Positions 1 through 9,985 are shown, counted from the first letter of the stretch. The stretch: DNA of 64,000 nt from Oscillospiraceae bacterium (GCA_003526845.1 DPVM01000008.1:47593-111592); one strand, 5' to 3'. The notes: generated from the letters alone by a model not told the origin. Numbers and translations: made by a program.

Positions 1-556
1 GCATACAAATTTCAGGCGCGTTGCCCTCCATATAAAGGCAGTCCTCCTCGGTGTAGGAGCGGTGATTGAGCTTGCTCGACAGTTTAACTTTAAAACTGAC
101 GGGATTTGCGCTTTTTATGTTTACAACAATCATCTGTGCCGGGTGGCTTACAAAAACCGTTTGCTTAACCTTTGAGTTTTGCGCAACCGCAATGCCTTTT
201 GATATGTCGAGCGAGCGGCGATAGTTCTTTGCAAAGCCTGTTTTTGAATATTCAATCGTCAAATCGCCGAATGGCAGATAAGCCTCGCTCCAATGACCGT
301 GCATATCCTCGTTTGCGATTTTGTTTGCAAGTTCGCGGTTGCCGTCAAAAATCGCTTTGCGAATTTCGTCAAGATGCTCTGCGGCATCCTTTTTGTTCAA
401 ATCTTTTGGATAGCCCGACCAAAGCGTGTCCTCGTTGAGCGCGATTCGCTCCGTTTTTAAATTGCCGAAAACCATTGCACCGAGCCTGCCGTTGCCTACC
501 GGGAGCGCCTCCTCCCATGCAGACGCTTTCTTTTTATAGAACAAAATATTTTTCAT
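1..556 (-). CDS. Glycoside hydrolase family 95 (alpha-L-fucosidase-like), N-terminal part. The gene continues past the window's 5' edge.
   Basis: A minus-strand ATG at 556..554 opens a frame that runs off the window, beginning MKNILFYKKKASAWEEALPVGNGRLGAMVFG. The W-EALP-GNGRLGAMVFG block is the characteristic GH95 N-terminal signature. The ORF is missing from the supplied track only because its stop lies outside the window. Confidence 0.6.
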   Translation of the reverse strand, partial: MKNILFYKKKASAWEEALPVGNGRLGAMVFGNLKTERIALNEDTLWSGYPKDLNKKDAAEHLDEIRKAIFDGNRELANKIANEDMHGHWSEAYLPFGDLTIEYSKTGFAKNYRRSLDISKGIAVAQNSKVKQTVFVSHPAQMIVVNIKSANPVSFKVKLSSKLNHRSYTEEDCLYMEGNAPEICM

Positions 557-685
557 AAATTTTACCGTTATCCTTCAAATTGCAGGGACGAAATTTCTCT
601 GCATATAATCGCGGCGGTGCGTTTTGCACAGCCTTTACGCCCATTATATCATTAAAACACGACGCGGTAAACAAAAATTTTAATT

Positions 686-712
686 ACTGTTGTTTTTGCA
701 AACGCCTTGTGC
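686..712 (+). promoter_or_regulatory. Sigma-70-like promoter (TTGCAA, 17 nt spacer, TATAAT) that starts a leader of roughly 430 nt for the surface-protein gene.
   Basis: The text reads ttgcaaacgccttgtgctataatcg. The only long ORF between it and the ATG at 1150 is the antisense GH95 gene end. Confidence 0.4.
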
Positions 713-1149
713 TATAATCGTTTAAAAGTTATATACGGCTACGGAATCGGGTGCGAATCCCGAGCAACCGCCATTACCGTGTTGGATGAATTTTTCGCCT
801 ATACCATTGAATGATGCTTGTCAAAGCAAATTCGAGAAGGTGCGAAAATGCGCTTTTGCTTTATCCTGAGTCGGGAGACGGGCCGTATGTATGAATTTAG
901 GCTTTTGGGCAAGCGGAAGAGCCGAAGATTTAATATTCAGCGTATTTAAGCAGGCGAAACAGTCCGACCACGCCGCAAGCGGTGCGTTTTCGGGGCGTTT
1001 TTGCCTGTCGGATTATATGATTTTTGTTGCGCCGTGATGTTGATTTTTCGCTCTGCCATGCAGGGCTTTTTTCTTGCCCAAAAATTGATTTTGGGGCTGT
1101 GCAATTTCAATTTGCCATTCTATAACAAACAGCGGAAAGGAATTTTAAA

Positions 1150-3813
1150 ATGAAAAAAATAATTTCTGTTTTTCTTTCTGTAGTAATGCTTGTGTCGGCA
1201 CTCTCCGTCGGAACAGTTGCATTTGCAGATGAAAACAAGACTCCTAAAACCGCCACTGTCGAATACAGCGTGTTTGACGGCGGAGTTTACACAATGGAGC
1301 CGAAAACAATCACCGTTTCATCCGATTTGTCGGATAAATACAAGAACGAGGTAGGCTATAACGATAAATCTGACGAGCCGACAATTCTTGATGTGCTCAT
1401 TGCAGCACATATTGATATGTTCGGCGAGGAGTTCACGGACTATGCACCGCTTAAGGCAAGCGGCAGTTCAGGCATCACCTCCGCATTCGGCGAGGAAACT
1501 TCTGCGCTTTCATACAGACTCAACGGTGCAACCGATAACGGCAGCGGCGTTTGGTACAATCTTGATACCGAGGTAAAATCGGGCGATTATGTTGACACTA
1601 TGTTCTATCAGGACACAAGCGGATATACCGACAAATATGTTTCGCTCGGCGGCAGAGATATTAAATCAACTACCGGCGATGTAACCCTTACTGCTACATA
1701 TGAAGGCTTTGACGCAAACTGGGCAACAGTTATTCTCCCTGCTCAGGGTCTTAACATTTCTGTTGACGGTGTGTCTGTCGGCACAACCGACGAAAACGGT
1801 CAAATCACTCTCAAACTTTCACAGTGCAAAACATATGTTGTTACCGCAAGCGGCGAAATCAGCGGCAGCAAAATTTTTGAGCCATACACAAGAGTTGCCG
1901 TTGCAACACAGCTTTATAATGCGCTCGGTGCACAACTTTCGGGCGGTGCCGATTTCCTTTTGAAATCGGTTGATTCACTCACAATCGAAAAGGCTGCCGA
2001 TTTCCTTGCATATCTCAACGGCGGCGCAAATGTTGACAAGTATAAGGCAGACTATGTTGCAAGCGTTAAATCAATGCTTGATTCAAACAACGGCAAACTT
2101 GTTTCAAAAATCGGCGGCGAGGTTAAAAGTGACCTTGCGCTTTACGGCGCAGTAATCCCTGCACTTGAAAAACTCGGCTATGATGCAAAGAAATTTGAGG
2201 GCTACAACCTTGTTTCGGCATTTGAAAGCACAGATACCGACAGCATTTCTAATCCGTATTATTACAGAGTCGCAATCGAGGCGGCAAGCAGCGACTTTGC
2301 ACATAAACTTATCGACAAATTTATTGCAGACGATTATACAATCGGCTCGGGTATGAAATACTGGGGTTTCAGCTGTGACAATACAGCAATGTTTCTCACT
2401 TCAATCGCAAAATATGCCGACGATTATTCAACATATGTTGATGACGCTAAGCAAATTTTGAAAACATACACAACAGATACCGGTGCTTTCTACAGCTATC
2501 AGTATAACGATGTAAACGCAAATTCAACGGCACTTTGTGCTATGGCTTATGCCGCACTTGGCGACAATGACACCGCATTCTCATACTACAAAAACCTTGT
2601 AGAGGGCTTTGAGGATACAACAGGTGTGTTCACATACAACGGCAAGAGCGATGTCAGTGCAACAAAGCAATCATATCTTGCTTTGACATATTTCAAAGAG
2701 TCTGTAGGCAATGCTGCTTATGAGCACAAGGAGCATGTTGCCAAAAACAGAACAATTGCTGCCACAACATCTAAGGACGGCGCAATTGTTGCCGATTGCA
2801 GAATCTGCGGCGAAACATTCAAAACAGTTAAGACAATCGCAAAAATCAATGCTGTTTCACTTTCTTCATCGTCGTACACATATGACGGCTCCGCCAAAAA
2901 ACCGGGTGTAACCGTAACCGACGCAAACGGTGCAAAAATCGCTTCGTCAAATTACAGCGTTGCATATTCAAACAATGTCAAGAAAGGCACCGCAACAGCA
3001 ACCGTTACATTCAAAGGCAATTACAGCGGTACTGTTAAAAAGACTTTTATAATTTACCCTGCAAAGGTTTCTAATGTCAAGCTTTCCTCAACCTCATATA
3101 CATATAACGGAAAAACAAAAACTCCGAGCGTTACGGTCAAGGACAACAAGGGCAGAAAACTCAAAAACGGCACTGACTACACAGTTAAATATTCTTCGGG
3201 CAGAAAGAATGTCGGCAAATATGCTGTTAAGGTAACCTTTAAGGGCAACTACAGCGGCACTGTTAAAAAGACTTTTAAAATTAACCCTGCAAAGGTTTCT
3301 AATGTCAAGCTTTCCTCAACCTCATATACATATAACGGAAAAACAAAAACTCCGAGTGTTACGGTCAAGGACAGCAAGGGCAGAAAACTCAAAAAAGGCA
3401 CTGACTACACAGTTAAATATTCTTCTGGCAGAAAGAATGTCGGCAGATATGCCGTTAAGGTAACCTTTAAGGGCAATTACACAGGCTCAAAAACCGTTTA
3501 TTACTACATCGTTCCGAAATCAACTTCAATCAGTAGGGTTTCGGCATTGAGAAAAGGTTTCAAGCTTTCTTGGAAAAAGCAGAAAACACAAACAACCGGC
3601 TATCAAATTCAGTATTCAACATCAAAAAAGTTTAAAAAAGCAAAGGCTGTCAATGTTTCAAAGAACAAGACAACATCAAAATCCATCAAAAAGCTTTCTT
3701 CAAAGAAAAAATACTATGTTCGTGTTCGCACCTACAAAAAGGTTAAGATAAACGGCAAAACAAAAAAGGTTTACTCCTCATGGAGCAAGACCAAAACGGT
3801 TAAAACAAGATAA
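1150..3813 (+). CDS. Secreted cell-surface protein of 887 aa with a signal peptide. The N-terminal half is alpha/alpha-toroid (prenyltransferase / terpene-cyclase-like). It carries three MBG/Ig-like repeats (Y-T-Y-(N/D)-G-(K/S)-x-K-T-P-x-V-T-V-K-D and Y-x-V-x-Y-S) and a Lys-rich FN3-like C-terminus.
   Basis: The RBS is ggaaagga with an ATG. The signal peptide is MKKIISVFLSVVMLVSALSVGTVAFA. Motifs such as WGFSCDNTAMFL and NANSTALCAMAYAALGD are typical of surface toroid repeats. Two 228-bp DNA copies are nearly identical. Confidence 0.8.
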   Translation: MKKIISVFLSVVMLVSALSVGTVAFADENKTPKTATVEYSVFDGGVYTMEPKTITVSSDLSDKYKNEVGYNDKSDEPTILDVLIAAHIDMFGEEFTDYAPLKASGSSGITSAFGEETSALSYRLNGATDNGSGVWYNLDTEVKSGDYVDTMFYQDTSGYTDKYVSLGGRDIKSTTGDVTLTATYEGFDANWATVILPAQGLNISVDGVSVGTTDENGQITLKLSQCKTYVVTASGEISGSKIFEPYTRVAVATQLYNALGAQLSGGADFLLKSVDSLTIEKAADFLAYLNGGANVDKYKADYVASVKSMLDSNNGKLVSKIGGEVKSDLALYGAVIPALEKLGYDAKKFEGYNLVSAFESTDTDSISNPYYYRVAIEAASSDFAHKLIDKFIADDYTIGSGMKYWGFSCDNTAMFLTSIAKYADDYSTYVDDAKQILKTYTTDTGAFYSYQYNDVNANSTALCAMAYAALGDNDTAFSYYKNLVEGFEDTTGVFTYNGKSDVSATKQSYLALTYFKESVGNAAYEHKEHVAKNRTIAATTSKDGAIVADCRICGETFKTVKTIAKINAVSLSSSSYTYDGSAKKPGVTVTDANGAKIASSNYSVAYSNNVKKGTATATVTFKGNYSGTVKKTFIIYPAKVSNVKLSSTSYTYNGKTKTPSVTVKDNKGRKLKNGTDYTVKYSSGRKNVGKYAVKVTFKGNYSGTVKKTFKINPAKVSNVKLSSTSYTYNGKTKTPSVTVKDSKGRKLKKGTDYTVKYSSGRKNVGRYAVKVTFKGNYTGSKTVYYYIVPKSTSISRVSALRKGFKLSWKKQKTQTTGYQIQYSTSKKFKKAKAVNVSKNKTTSKSIKKLSSKKKYYVRVRTYKKVKINGKTKKVYSSWSKTKTVKTR
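3031..3486 (+). repeat. Two near-identical 228-bp tandem copies that encode the 76-aa MBG/Ig-like module. A third, diverged copy lies upstream at about 2803-3030.
   Basis: The unit actgttaaaaagacttttaaaatt...aagggcaactacagcggc recurs with a 228-bp period and only a few mismatches. Confidence 0.85.
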
Positions 3814-3836
3814 TTGATTGAAAAATCAAAAATGCA

Positions 3837-3866
3837 AACGCGGTGTTTTTCACCGCGTTTTTCTTA
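3837..3866 (+). terminator. Rho-independent terminator.
   Basis: The hairpin is aaacgcggtg / caccgcgttt followed by a T-run. Confidence 0.7.
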
Positions 3867-4005
3867 TAGTATGTTGTGTGCAAATGCGCGTATAACTCTT
3901 TTTTCTTTGCAAATTTAAGAATGTTTAAGATTTTATTTGTTGCTTTTGGTTTAACAAAATAGTAAAATTATCCAAATGATGAAATTTAGAGAGGTCAAAT
4001 AAAAA

Positions 4006-5586
4006 ATGATTGGTTACACAACCTTTGCGTTTTTTGCCTTTTATTTCGGCATAACATTTGTTTTGTATCATTTGTTACCGCAAAAGGCAAAATGGTGCGT
4101 GCTCCTGTTGGGGTCATATGTATTTTATTTTATATCATGTAAGGGGCACATTTGGCAAATAATCGCCGCCACGGTGATTGTTTGGCTTATCGGAATCTGG
4201 CTGCAAAGACTCAATGACGGATTTAAGAAAAAGAAAAAAGGTTTGCCGCGTGACGAACGAAAGGCACTTAAGAAAAAGTACACATCGTATAAAAGGGGAG
4301 TGCTTGCGCTCGGAGTGCTGTCTACACTCGGTATACTGCTTGTTTGTAAATATCAGGGCTTCTTTGTCGACACGGCAAATTCGCTGTTTGGGACAAATGC
4401 GCAGTATTTAAAGGTTGTTCAGCCGCTCGGGATTTCATTTTATACGCTGTCGGCAATCGGCTATATCACAGATATTTATCACGGCAAGTTTGAGGCGGAG
4501 AAAAATCCGTTTCGTGTTTCCCTGTTCCTCTCGTTTATGCTGACGATAGTTGAGGGCCCGATTACACGGTATGACCAATTCGGCGTTCAATTTAAATCCT
4601 GCCCGAAATTTGACTATCACAACTTTATATACGGCGCGGTGCGTGTTGTTTGGGGACTTATCAAAAAAATGATAATAGCCGACAGAGCGGCAATGTTTGT
4701 AAACGCCGTTTTCGACAAGCCGAATCAGTGGAACGCGCTGACGGTTTGCGCGGCGGTTTTGCTTTACACATTGCAGCTTTACAGTGAATTTTCGGGAATT
4801 ATGGATGTTATGTGCGGTCTCGGCGAAATGATGGGTCTGCATTTGCCCGAAAACTTCCGCCGTCCGTTTTTCGCAAGGTCAATCAACGAATTTTGGCAGC
4901 GCTGGCATATCACACTCGGCGGATGGCTGAGAGATTATATTTTTTATCCGATTTCGCTTTCAAAGGCGTTTATGAGCCTTTCAAAATCGGCAGGCAAAAA
5001 ATTCAATCGCTATTATGCAAACTTGATTCCAACCGCCGTTGCGCTTTTCTTTGTTTGGTTTTCAAACGGTTTTTGGCACGGCTCAGGTTGGAAATATATT
5101 GTTTACGGACTTTATTACTATGTGCTGATGATGCTCGGTATGTTTTTCGAGCCGTTGTTTAGGAAAGTTTGCCCTGCACTTAAAATTGACAGGCAGTCAA
5201 AGGGTTTTCGCCGTTTTCAGATTGCGCGCACATTTTTGATTGCCAATTTCGGAATGTTTATATTCAGGGCAGACGATTTGCCGACTCTCGGAAAAATGAT
5301 TTCATCAATCTTTACAAAACCGATAGTATTCAACGGCCTTTCAAAAGCACTTGGCTTAAGCTCAGGACTTGATTGGATTGATTGTGTAGTTATTGCTCTC
5401 GGTGTTGCACTTTTGATTATCGTCGGCAATATACAGGAAAAGGGCGTTGATATTCGCGAAAAAATCGCAAAGTTGCCCTATTATAAAAAATTCATTTTGT
5501 TTATGGTTATGATTTTTTCCGTAATTATTATGGGAGCATACGGAGAGGGATACGGCGTAATTGATTTGATTTACGCTAAATTTTAG
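4006..5586 (+). CDS. MBOAT-family membrane-bound O-acyltransferase (DltB/AlgI-like).
   Basis: The protein has multiple TM segments and the conserved MBOAT histidine block WQRWHITLGGWLRDYIFYPISLSK. Its 526-aa length fits the family. Confidence 0.85.
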   Translation: MIGYTTFAFFAFYFGITFVLYHLLPQKAKWCVLLLGSYVFYFISCKGHIWQIIAATVIVWLIGIWLQRLNDGFKKKKKGLPRDERKALKKKYTSYKRGVLALGVLSTLGILLVCKYQGFFVDTANSLFGTNAQYLKVVQPLGISFYTLSAIGYITDIYHGKFEAEKNPFRVSLFLSFMLTIVEGPITRYDQFGVQFKSCPKFDYHNFIYGAVRVVWGLIKKMIIADRAAMFVNAVFDKPNQWNALTVCAAVLLYTLQLYSEFSGIMDVMCGLGEMMGLHLPENFRRPFFARSINEFWQRWHITLGGWLRDYIFYPISLSKAFMSLSKSAGKKFNRYYANLIPTAVALFFVWFSNGFWHGSGWKYIVYGLYYYVLMMLGMFFEPLFRKVCPALKIDRQSKGFRRFQIARTFLIANFGMFIFRADDLPTLGKMISSIFTKPIVFNGLSKALGLSSGLDWIDCVVIALGVALLIIVGNIQEKGVDIREKIAKLPYYKKFILFMVMIFSVIIMGAYGEGYGVIDLIYAKF

Positions 5587-5588
5587 AT

Positions 5589-6683
5589 ATGAAAAAGATT
5601 AATTTTAAAAATTTCAAACAAAGCCGTGCAATTAGGGTAGGGGCATTTTTGCTCGCATTTGTATTGGTATTTTGTTCGCTGTCATCATTTGTTTTCACAA
5701 CAAAAAACGGCGCACGCTACAAAAGCAAATATTATCCGCAATATGCCTTTCAGGATGAAAGAAAAAATTCGCTCCAAATATTCGGCATCGGCAACAGCAA
5801 CCTTTATTCAGCGTTTGATGTGCCCGATTTGTGGCATGATTACGGCTACACCGCAAGTATGGCGGCTGTCGGATTTCAATCGCCGTCGGTTTCGTATCAA
5901 TTGCTAAAAAAGGCATACGAAACCCAAAAACCGAAAATCGTTTTGATTGAAACGGATATTCTCTATGACGAAAAGCCGATTCAAACACACGGAGTAACGC
6001 CGAAAACAACGATTTTCGATTATTTTAAAACCCAATTTATCGACGATAAGCTCCAAAGTGTTTTCCCGATTTTGAAATTTCACGATATGTGGAAACAGCC
6101 TATCGACAATAAGTACAGCATTGACACTCCCGACTCGCACGGCTTTAGATACGATTCACACCAAGGCAAATACAATGTGCCGAATTATATGGCAAAAACC
6201 GACAGAACCGAAGATGTCAGCGAAATAAATATTTATTATTTGGAAAAAATACTCACCCTTTGCAGAGAAAACGGCTCAAAACCGTTGCTTATAAGCGTTC
6301 CGAGCCTCACCTCGTGGGATTATGCTCGCCATAATTCAATGACTGCCCTTGCAAAAAAGGAAAATGTTGATTATATTGATTTTAATATGCTCACGGCGCA
6401 ACTTAAAATCGACCTTGCAAAATCGTTTCGCGACAACGGCACGCATATGAATTATTTGGGTGCAAAAAAGGTAACGGATTACCTTGGCACATATATTGCC
6501 GAAAACTACAACCTTGCCGATTTGCGCGGCGATAAATCATATTCTTATTGGAACGACAGCTACAATAATTTTGTTGTCCAAATGAGGCAGACAGACGAAA
6601 AACAACGCGAAAAGGCGCTCGAAAGAAAGCGTAACGGGAAGAACAAAGAGGGGCACAAAGGAGCACACAAAGACAAAGTGTAA
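5589..6683 (+). CDS. DltD/AlgJ-like SGNH-type partner protein for the MBOAT. It has an N-terminal signal anchor and an extracytoplasmic catalytic domain.
   Basis: It starts 3 nt after the MBOAT stop, which suggests translational coupling. The N-terminus is a TM anchor (MKKINFKNFKQSRAIRVGAFLLAFVLVFCSL). There is a D-x-x-H block (DNGTHMNY) near the C-terminus. No dltA or dltC is nearby. Confidence 0.5.
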   Translation: MKKINFKNFKQSRAIRVGAFLLAFVLVFCSLSSFVFTTKNGARYKSKYYPQYAFQDERKNSLQIFGIGNSNLYSAFDVPDLWHDYGYTASMAAVGFQSPSVSYQLLKKAYETQKPKIVLIETDILYDEKPIQTHGVTPKTTIFDYFKTQFIDDKLQSVFPILKFHDMWKQPIDNKYSIDTPDSHGFRYDSHQGKYNVPNYMAKTDRTEDVSEINIYYLEKILTLCRENGSKPLLISVPSLTSWDYARHNSMTALAKKENVDYIDFNMLTAQLKIDLAKSFRDNGTHMNYLGAKKVTDYLGTYIAENYNLADLRGDKSYSYWNDSYNNFVVQMRQTDEKQREKALERKRNGKNKEGHKGAHKDKV

Positions 6684-6708
6684 TGTGTAATAATTAATAC
6701 CGATAAAA

Positions 6709-6752
6709 CAAAAGCGACAGAGGTTTGAATTTTGAGCCTCTGTCGCTTTTGT
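6709..6752. terminator. Bidirectional rho-independent terminator.
   Basis: The hairpin is aaagcgacagagg / cctctgtcgcttt, with A/T runs on both sides. Confidence 0.75.
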
Positions 6753-6762
6753 TAAGTTTTAT

Positions 6763-7446
6763 TTATAATGTTTTTATGTTAACTCCGCCGAAAAGGCAAC
6801 TGCTGTCAACATAAAGCGTCGGTGCGTCAAACGGAAGATTCTTGTTGCTTTTATCACTTGTTCCTCCGAAAAAACCGTGAGATTTGATAACAACTCTTAT
6901 ATTTTGCGGCACGGTTATTTCAACTCCGCCGAAATTTGCCCTCGCGTCAATCAGCGTGCCGGGTTGAATATACGCCCTGCTTAAATCAATGTTTATACTG
7001 CCGAATGCAGCACTGAATTTACCGCCCAAAAACTGTTGGTCAAAAACATATTTTTGCTCTGCAAATGTTGCCGAATATTCCTGATAATTCGGGTTTACAA
7101 TCGCCTCTTTAAACTGCGGCGGCTCGCTTTTGCTGTTTTTGATATTCTTTACTATTATATAAATACCGATTAAAACAACGATTGCCGGCCAAATAAGCAC
7201 TCTTATCGGCTTTAAGTTAACATTGGCGTTTATCAGCAAAAATATGCCGATTGCAAGAAAAATCGCCGACGCTGTTTTGTCGCGGCTTTTGAACAAGCCA
7301 ACAATGCTCGGAATGATGATAAACAATGTCCACCATCCGTCAAAAAATATCGTAAAATCAATTATGTTGCTTTTGTTCAGACCCCAAAGTATGCCGACAG
7401 CAATAATCGCAATGCCCCAAAGTATTCCCTTTGTTTTTTGGTTCAT
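6763..7446 (-). CDS. LiaF-like membrane protein with a DUF2154-type C-terminal domain, of the cell-wall-active antibiotic response family.
   Basis: The N-terminus has 3-4 TM helices. The C-terminal beta-rich motif is IDARANFGGVEITVPQNIRVVIKSHGFFGG ... LFGGVNIKTL. Confidence 0.5.
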   Translation of the reverse strand: MNQKTKGILWGIAIIAVGILWGLNKSNIIDFTIFFDGWWTLFIIIPSIVGLFKSRDKTASAIFLAIGIFLLINANVNLKPIRVLIWPAIVVLIGIYIIVKNIKNSKSEPPQFKEAIVNPNYQEYSATFAEQKYVFDQQFLGGKFSAAFGSINIDLSRAYIQPGTLIDARANFGGVEITVPQNIRVVIKSHGFFGGTSDKSNKNLPFDAPTLYVDSSCLFGGVNIKTL

Positions 7447-7554
7447 AACGAGCCTCCTTATATTTAATTGCCGTTTATATCCTTTGGTTTCAATATAATA
7501 TATAAATTTTATTTTGTCAACACTATTATTGTGTTAGTGTCGCATCGCGTGGCA

Positions 7555-8979
7555 TCAATCTTTGTCAATCGGGGTTTGTGTTTCTTTTTTTAGCTTGTTT
7601 GTCACGGATTTAAGCATAATTAAGCTCAAAACAACACAGAAGAAATCGGCTGCGGGTTGAGCCCAAATAATTCCCTCAAGTCCGACAATGCTGTTCATAA
7701 TGAACAACATTGGCAGATAAATCAAGCCCTGTCTGCCTGCGGCAAGAATAAGCGATTGGATACCCTTGCCCATTCCTTGAAAAGAAAAGTTGATAACAAA
7801 CATAATACCGATAACGGCGCCCGGCGCCATAAGCGCGGTCAGCATTTTTACGCCGTATTCGATAACCTGCTCGTCCTCGATAAATATTCCGATAACCTGT
7901 CGCCTGAAAACGATATAAAATAGCGTTACCGCTGCGCCGATGATTATGTTGCACATCATCGAAAAGCGGATAACCTTTTTCATCCTTTCATATCTCTTTG
8001 CGCCGAAGCAGTAACCGACAAGCGGCTGAATACCCTGACCTACACCTATTTGGAACATTACCACAAGCATATTTGCCTTCATTGCAACACCCATTGCGGC
8101 AACGGCATTATCGCCGTATTTTGCAAGGAACATATTGATGATAATATTTGAAAAACTCATCAAAAGGCTGTTGAGCGCAGCAGGCGTGCCTACACTGATT
8201 ACGCCCTTTGCAATTCCGTCTTTAGCCGAAAAGCGCCTTGGATTGATTGAGAGAATTGATTTGCCCCTCATAAAATAAACGATAAAATATACCAGCGTCA
8301 GCACATTGCCTATTACCGTTGCGATTGCGGCACCCTCTGCGCCCCTGCCGAGACCAAACGGCATTTCGATTGAAAACAGTCTGTCGCCCTTGTTCAAAAT
8401 GAATATGGGGTCGAGTATTACATTCGCAATCTGACCGATAACGGTGCCGATTACGGAATCCTTAGCTGCGCCTTCGCCTCTTACAAGGTTTGATGCGCAA
8501 ATACCCATAACGATGAGCGGCGAGCTGATTGCAAGCCAAAACATATAATCGTTTGCATAACCGATCGTGTTGTCAGATGCGCCGATTAATCGCAAAATCG
8601 GGTTTCTGAAAATCAAAAATATAACCGATATTATTGCGCCGCCGATCATCGACGCATAAGCGCAAAATGACGAAATCGTTTTTACTTTTTCTTTTTTGCC
8701 CTCACCGAGCGAACGGCTGATATATGCGCATCCGCCGACGCCGAAAAGGTTGCCTATTGCCAAAAAAATCATAAATACGGGCATTGATACGCTGACAGCC
8801 GCAACCTGATTTGCGTCGCCCGTTTGACCTACAAAAAATGTGTCCGCAAGGTTGTAGATAATGTTTATAAGCATTCCAAAAACGCTCGGCAATGCAAGAG
8901 TCATTACCGCCTTGGGTACTTTATAATCACTGAATACAATTGTGTTGTCTTTTGCTTTTACTTTTTGTGCCATACTCAA
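7555..8979 (-). CDS. MATE-family multidrug/sodium efflux transporter.
   Basis: The protein has 12 TM segments and the N-terminal MATE signature PSVFGMLINIIYNLADTFFVGQ. It is 474 aa long. Confidence 0.9.
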   Translation of the reverse strand: MSMAQKVKAKDNTIVFSDYKVPKAVMTLALPSVFGMLINIIYNLADTFFVGQTGDANQVAAVSVSMPVFMIFLAIGNLFGVGGCAYISRSLGEGKKEKVKTISSFCAYASMIGGAIISVIFLIFRNPILRLIGASDNTIGYANDYMFWLAISSPLIVMGICASNLVRGEGAAKDSVIGTVIGQIANVILDPIFILNKGDRLFSIEMPFGLGRGAEGAAIATVIGNVLTLVYFIVYFMRGKSILSINPRRFSAKDGIAKGVISVGTPAALNSLLMSFSNIIINMFLAKYGDNAVAAMGVAMKANMLVVMFQIGVGQGIQPLVGYCFGAKRYERMKKVIRFSMMCNIIIGAAVTLFYIVFRRQVIGIFIEDEQVIEYGVKMLTALMAPGAVIGIMFVINFSFQGMGKGIQSLILAAGRQGLIYLPMLFIMNSIVGLEGIIWAQPAADFFCVVLSLIMLKSVTNKLKKETQTPIDKD

Positions 8980-9833
8980 TACAATAAGCCGTAAAGGCTC
9001 ACAAAATCCTCCATTCCCATTTTTTCCGCTCTGACAGTCGGGCTGATGCCAAGCTCGCCGAGCGCGGATGTTATTTTGTCCTTTGATATACCCGCTGTGG
9101 ACGAAAGCGAATTTACAAGCGTTTTGCGCCTTTGCGAAAATGCGCCCTTAATCATTGTGAAAAATGCTTTTTCGTTGTCAATATCAAATTTCTTTTGCTT
9201 GCGAAGCGTGATTTTGATAACCGCGCTGTCAACCTTCGGCGACGGCATAAAGCTCTCTTTGCCGACATCAAATAAAATTTCAGCCTCGCCGTAATAGTTT
9301 ACGGCAACGGTGACTGCGCCTGCATCTCGTGTGCCTATCTCTGCACAAAGCCTTTGCGCCGCCTCGCGCTGAACCATAACCTCGATTTCGTCAATCGGCA
9401 AGTTGCTTTCGAGAAGCATCATAACAATCGGCGATGTGATATAATACGGCAAATTTGCGCAAACTTTAACGCTGTCGCAGTCGGCAAATTTTTGGCTTAT
9501 TATTTCGGCAAGGTTAAGTTTCATAACATCGCCTTCTATAAGCTCGAAATTATCATAATCGCCGAGTGTTTCAGCCAAAAGGGGATAAAGCCTTTTGTCA
9601 AGTTCGACGGCAACAACCTTGCCTGCCGTTTCGCAAAGCTCCTTAGTCAAAACACCGATGCCCGGTCCGATTTCCAAAACACCCGTTTTGTCATCGGCAT
9701 TTAGGCGGTGTGCCATTTCGGGGCATACGCTGTCGTCAATCAAAAAGTTTTGACCGAGGTCTTTGGAAAAACTGAATTTGTATTTTGCAAGCAGCATTTT
9801 TACTGTGTTTATGTCGCAAAGGTTGAATTCCAT
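8976..9833 (-). CDS. rsmA: 16S rRNA (adenine1518/1519-N6)-dimethyltransferase RsmA/KsgA.
   Basis: Motifs GQNFLID, the SAM-binding site LEIGPGIGVLT and the NLPY motif are all present. The gene overlaps the downstream MATE gene by 4 nt, so the two likely form an operon. Confidence 0.9.
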   Translation of the reverse strand: MEFNLCDINTVKMLLAKYKFSFSKDLGQNFLIDDSVCPEMAHRLNADDKTGVLEIGPGIGVLTKELCETAGKVVAVELDKRLYPLLAETLGDYDNFELIEGDVMKLNLAEIISQKFADCDSVKVCANLPYYITSPIVMMLLESNLPIDEIEVMVQREAAQRLCAEIGTRDAGAVTVAVNYYGEAEILFDVGKESFMPSPKVDSAVIKITLRKQKKFDIDNEKAFFTMIKGAFSQRRKTLVNSLSSTAGISKDKITSALGELGISPTVRAEKMGMEDFVSLYGLLY

Positions 9834-9985
9834 ATTGCCTTGTCTCCGTGGGTGCTAAAAGATTTTTACTCGATTTTGTAGTATGATAACACATTATAAT
9901 ATGTATATCAATATAAATTTTGTATATAGATTAAGAACTGTTTTTTGTGTATTTGTGACCTTTTTATGAAAAAACTAAAATTGTG

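Noticed and set aside
172-438. 88-aa plus-strand ORF
   Set aside because: It lies entirely antisense within the GH95 coding region. It has no RBS and its composition is not protein-like.
4006-6683. Canonical dlt (D-alanylation) operon
   Set aside because: Only DltB-like (MBOAT) and DltD-like genes are present. No DltA ligase or DltC carrier protein is adjacent, so I called it a generic O-acyltransferase pair.
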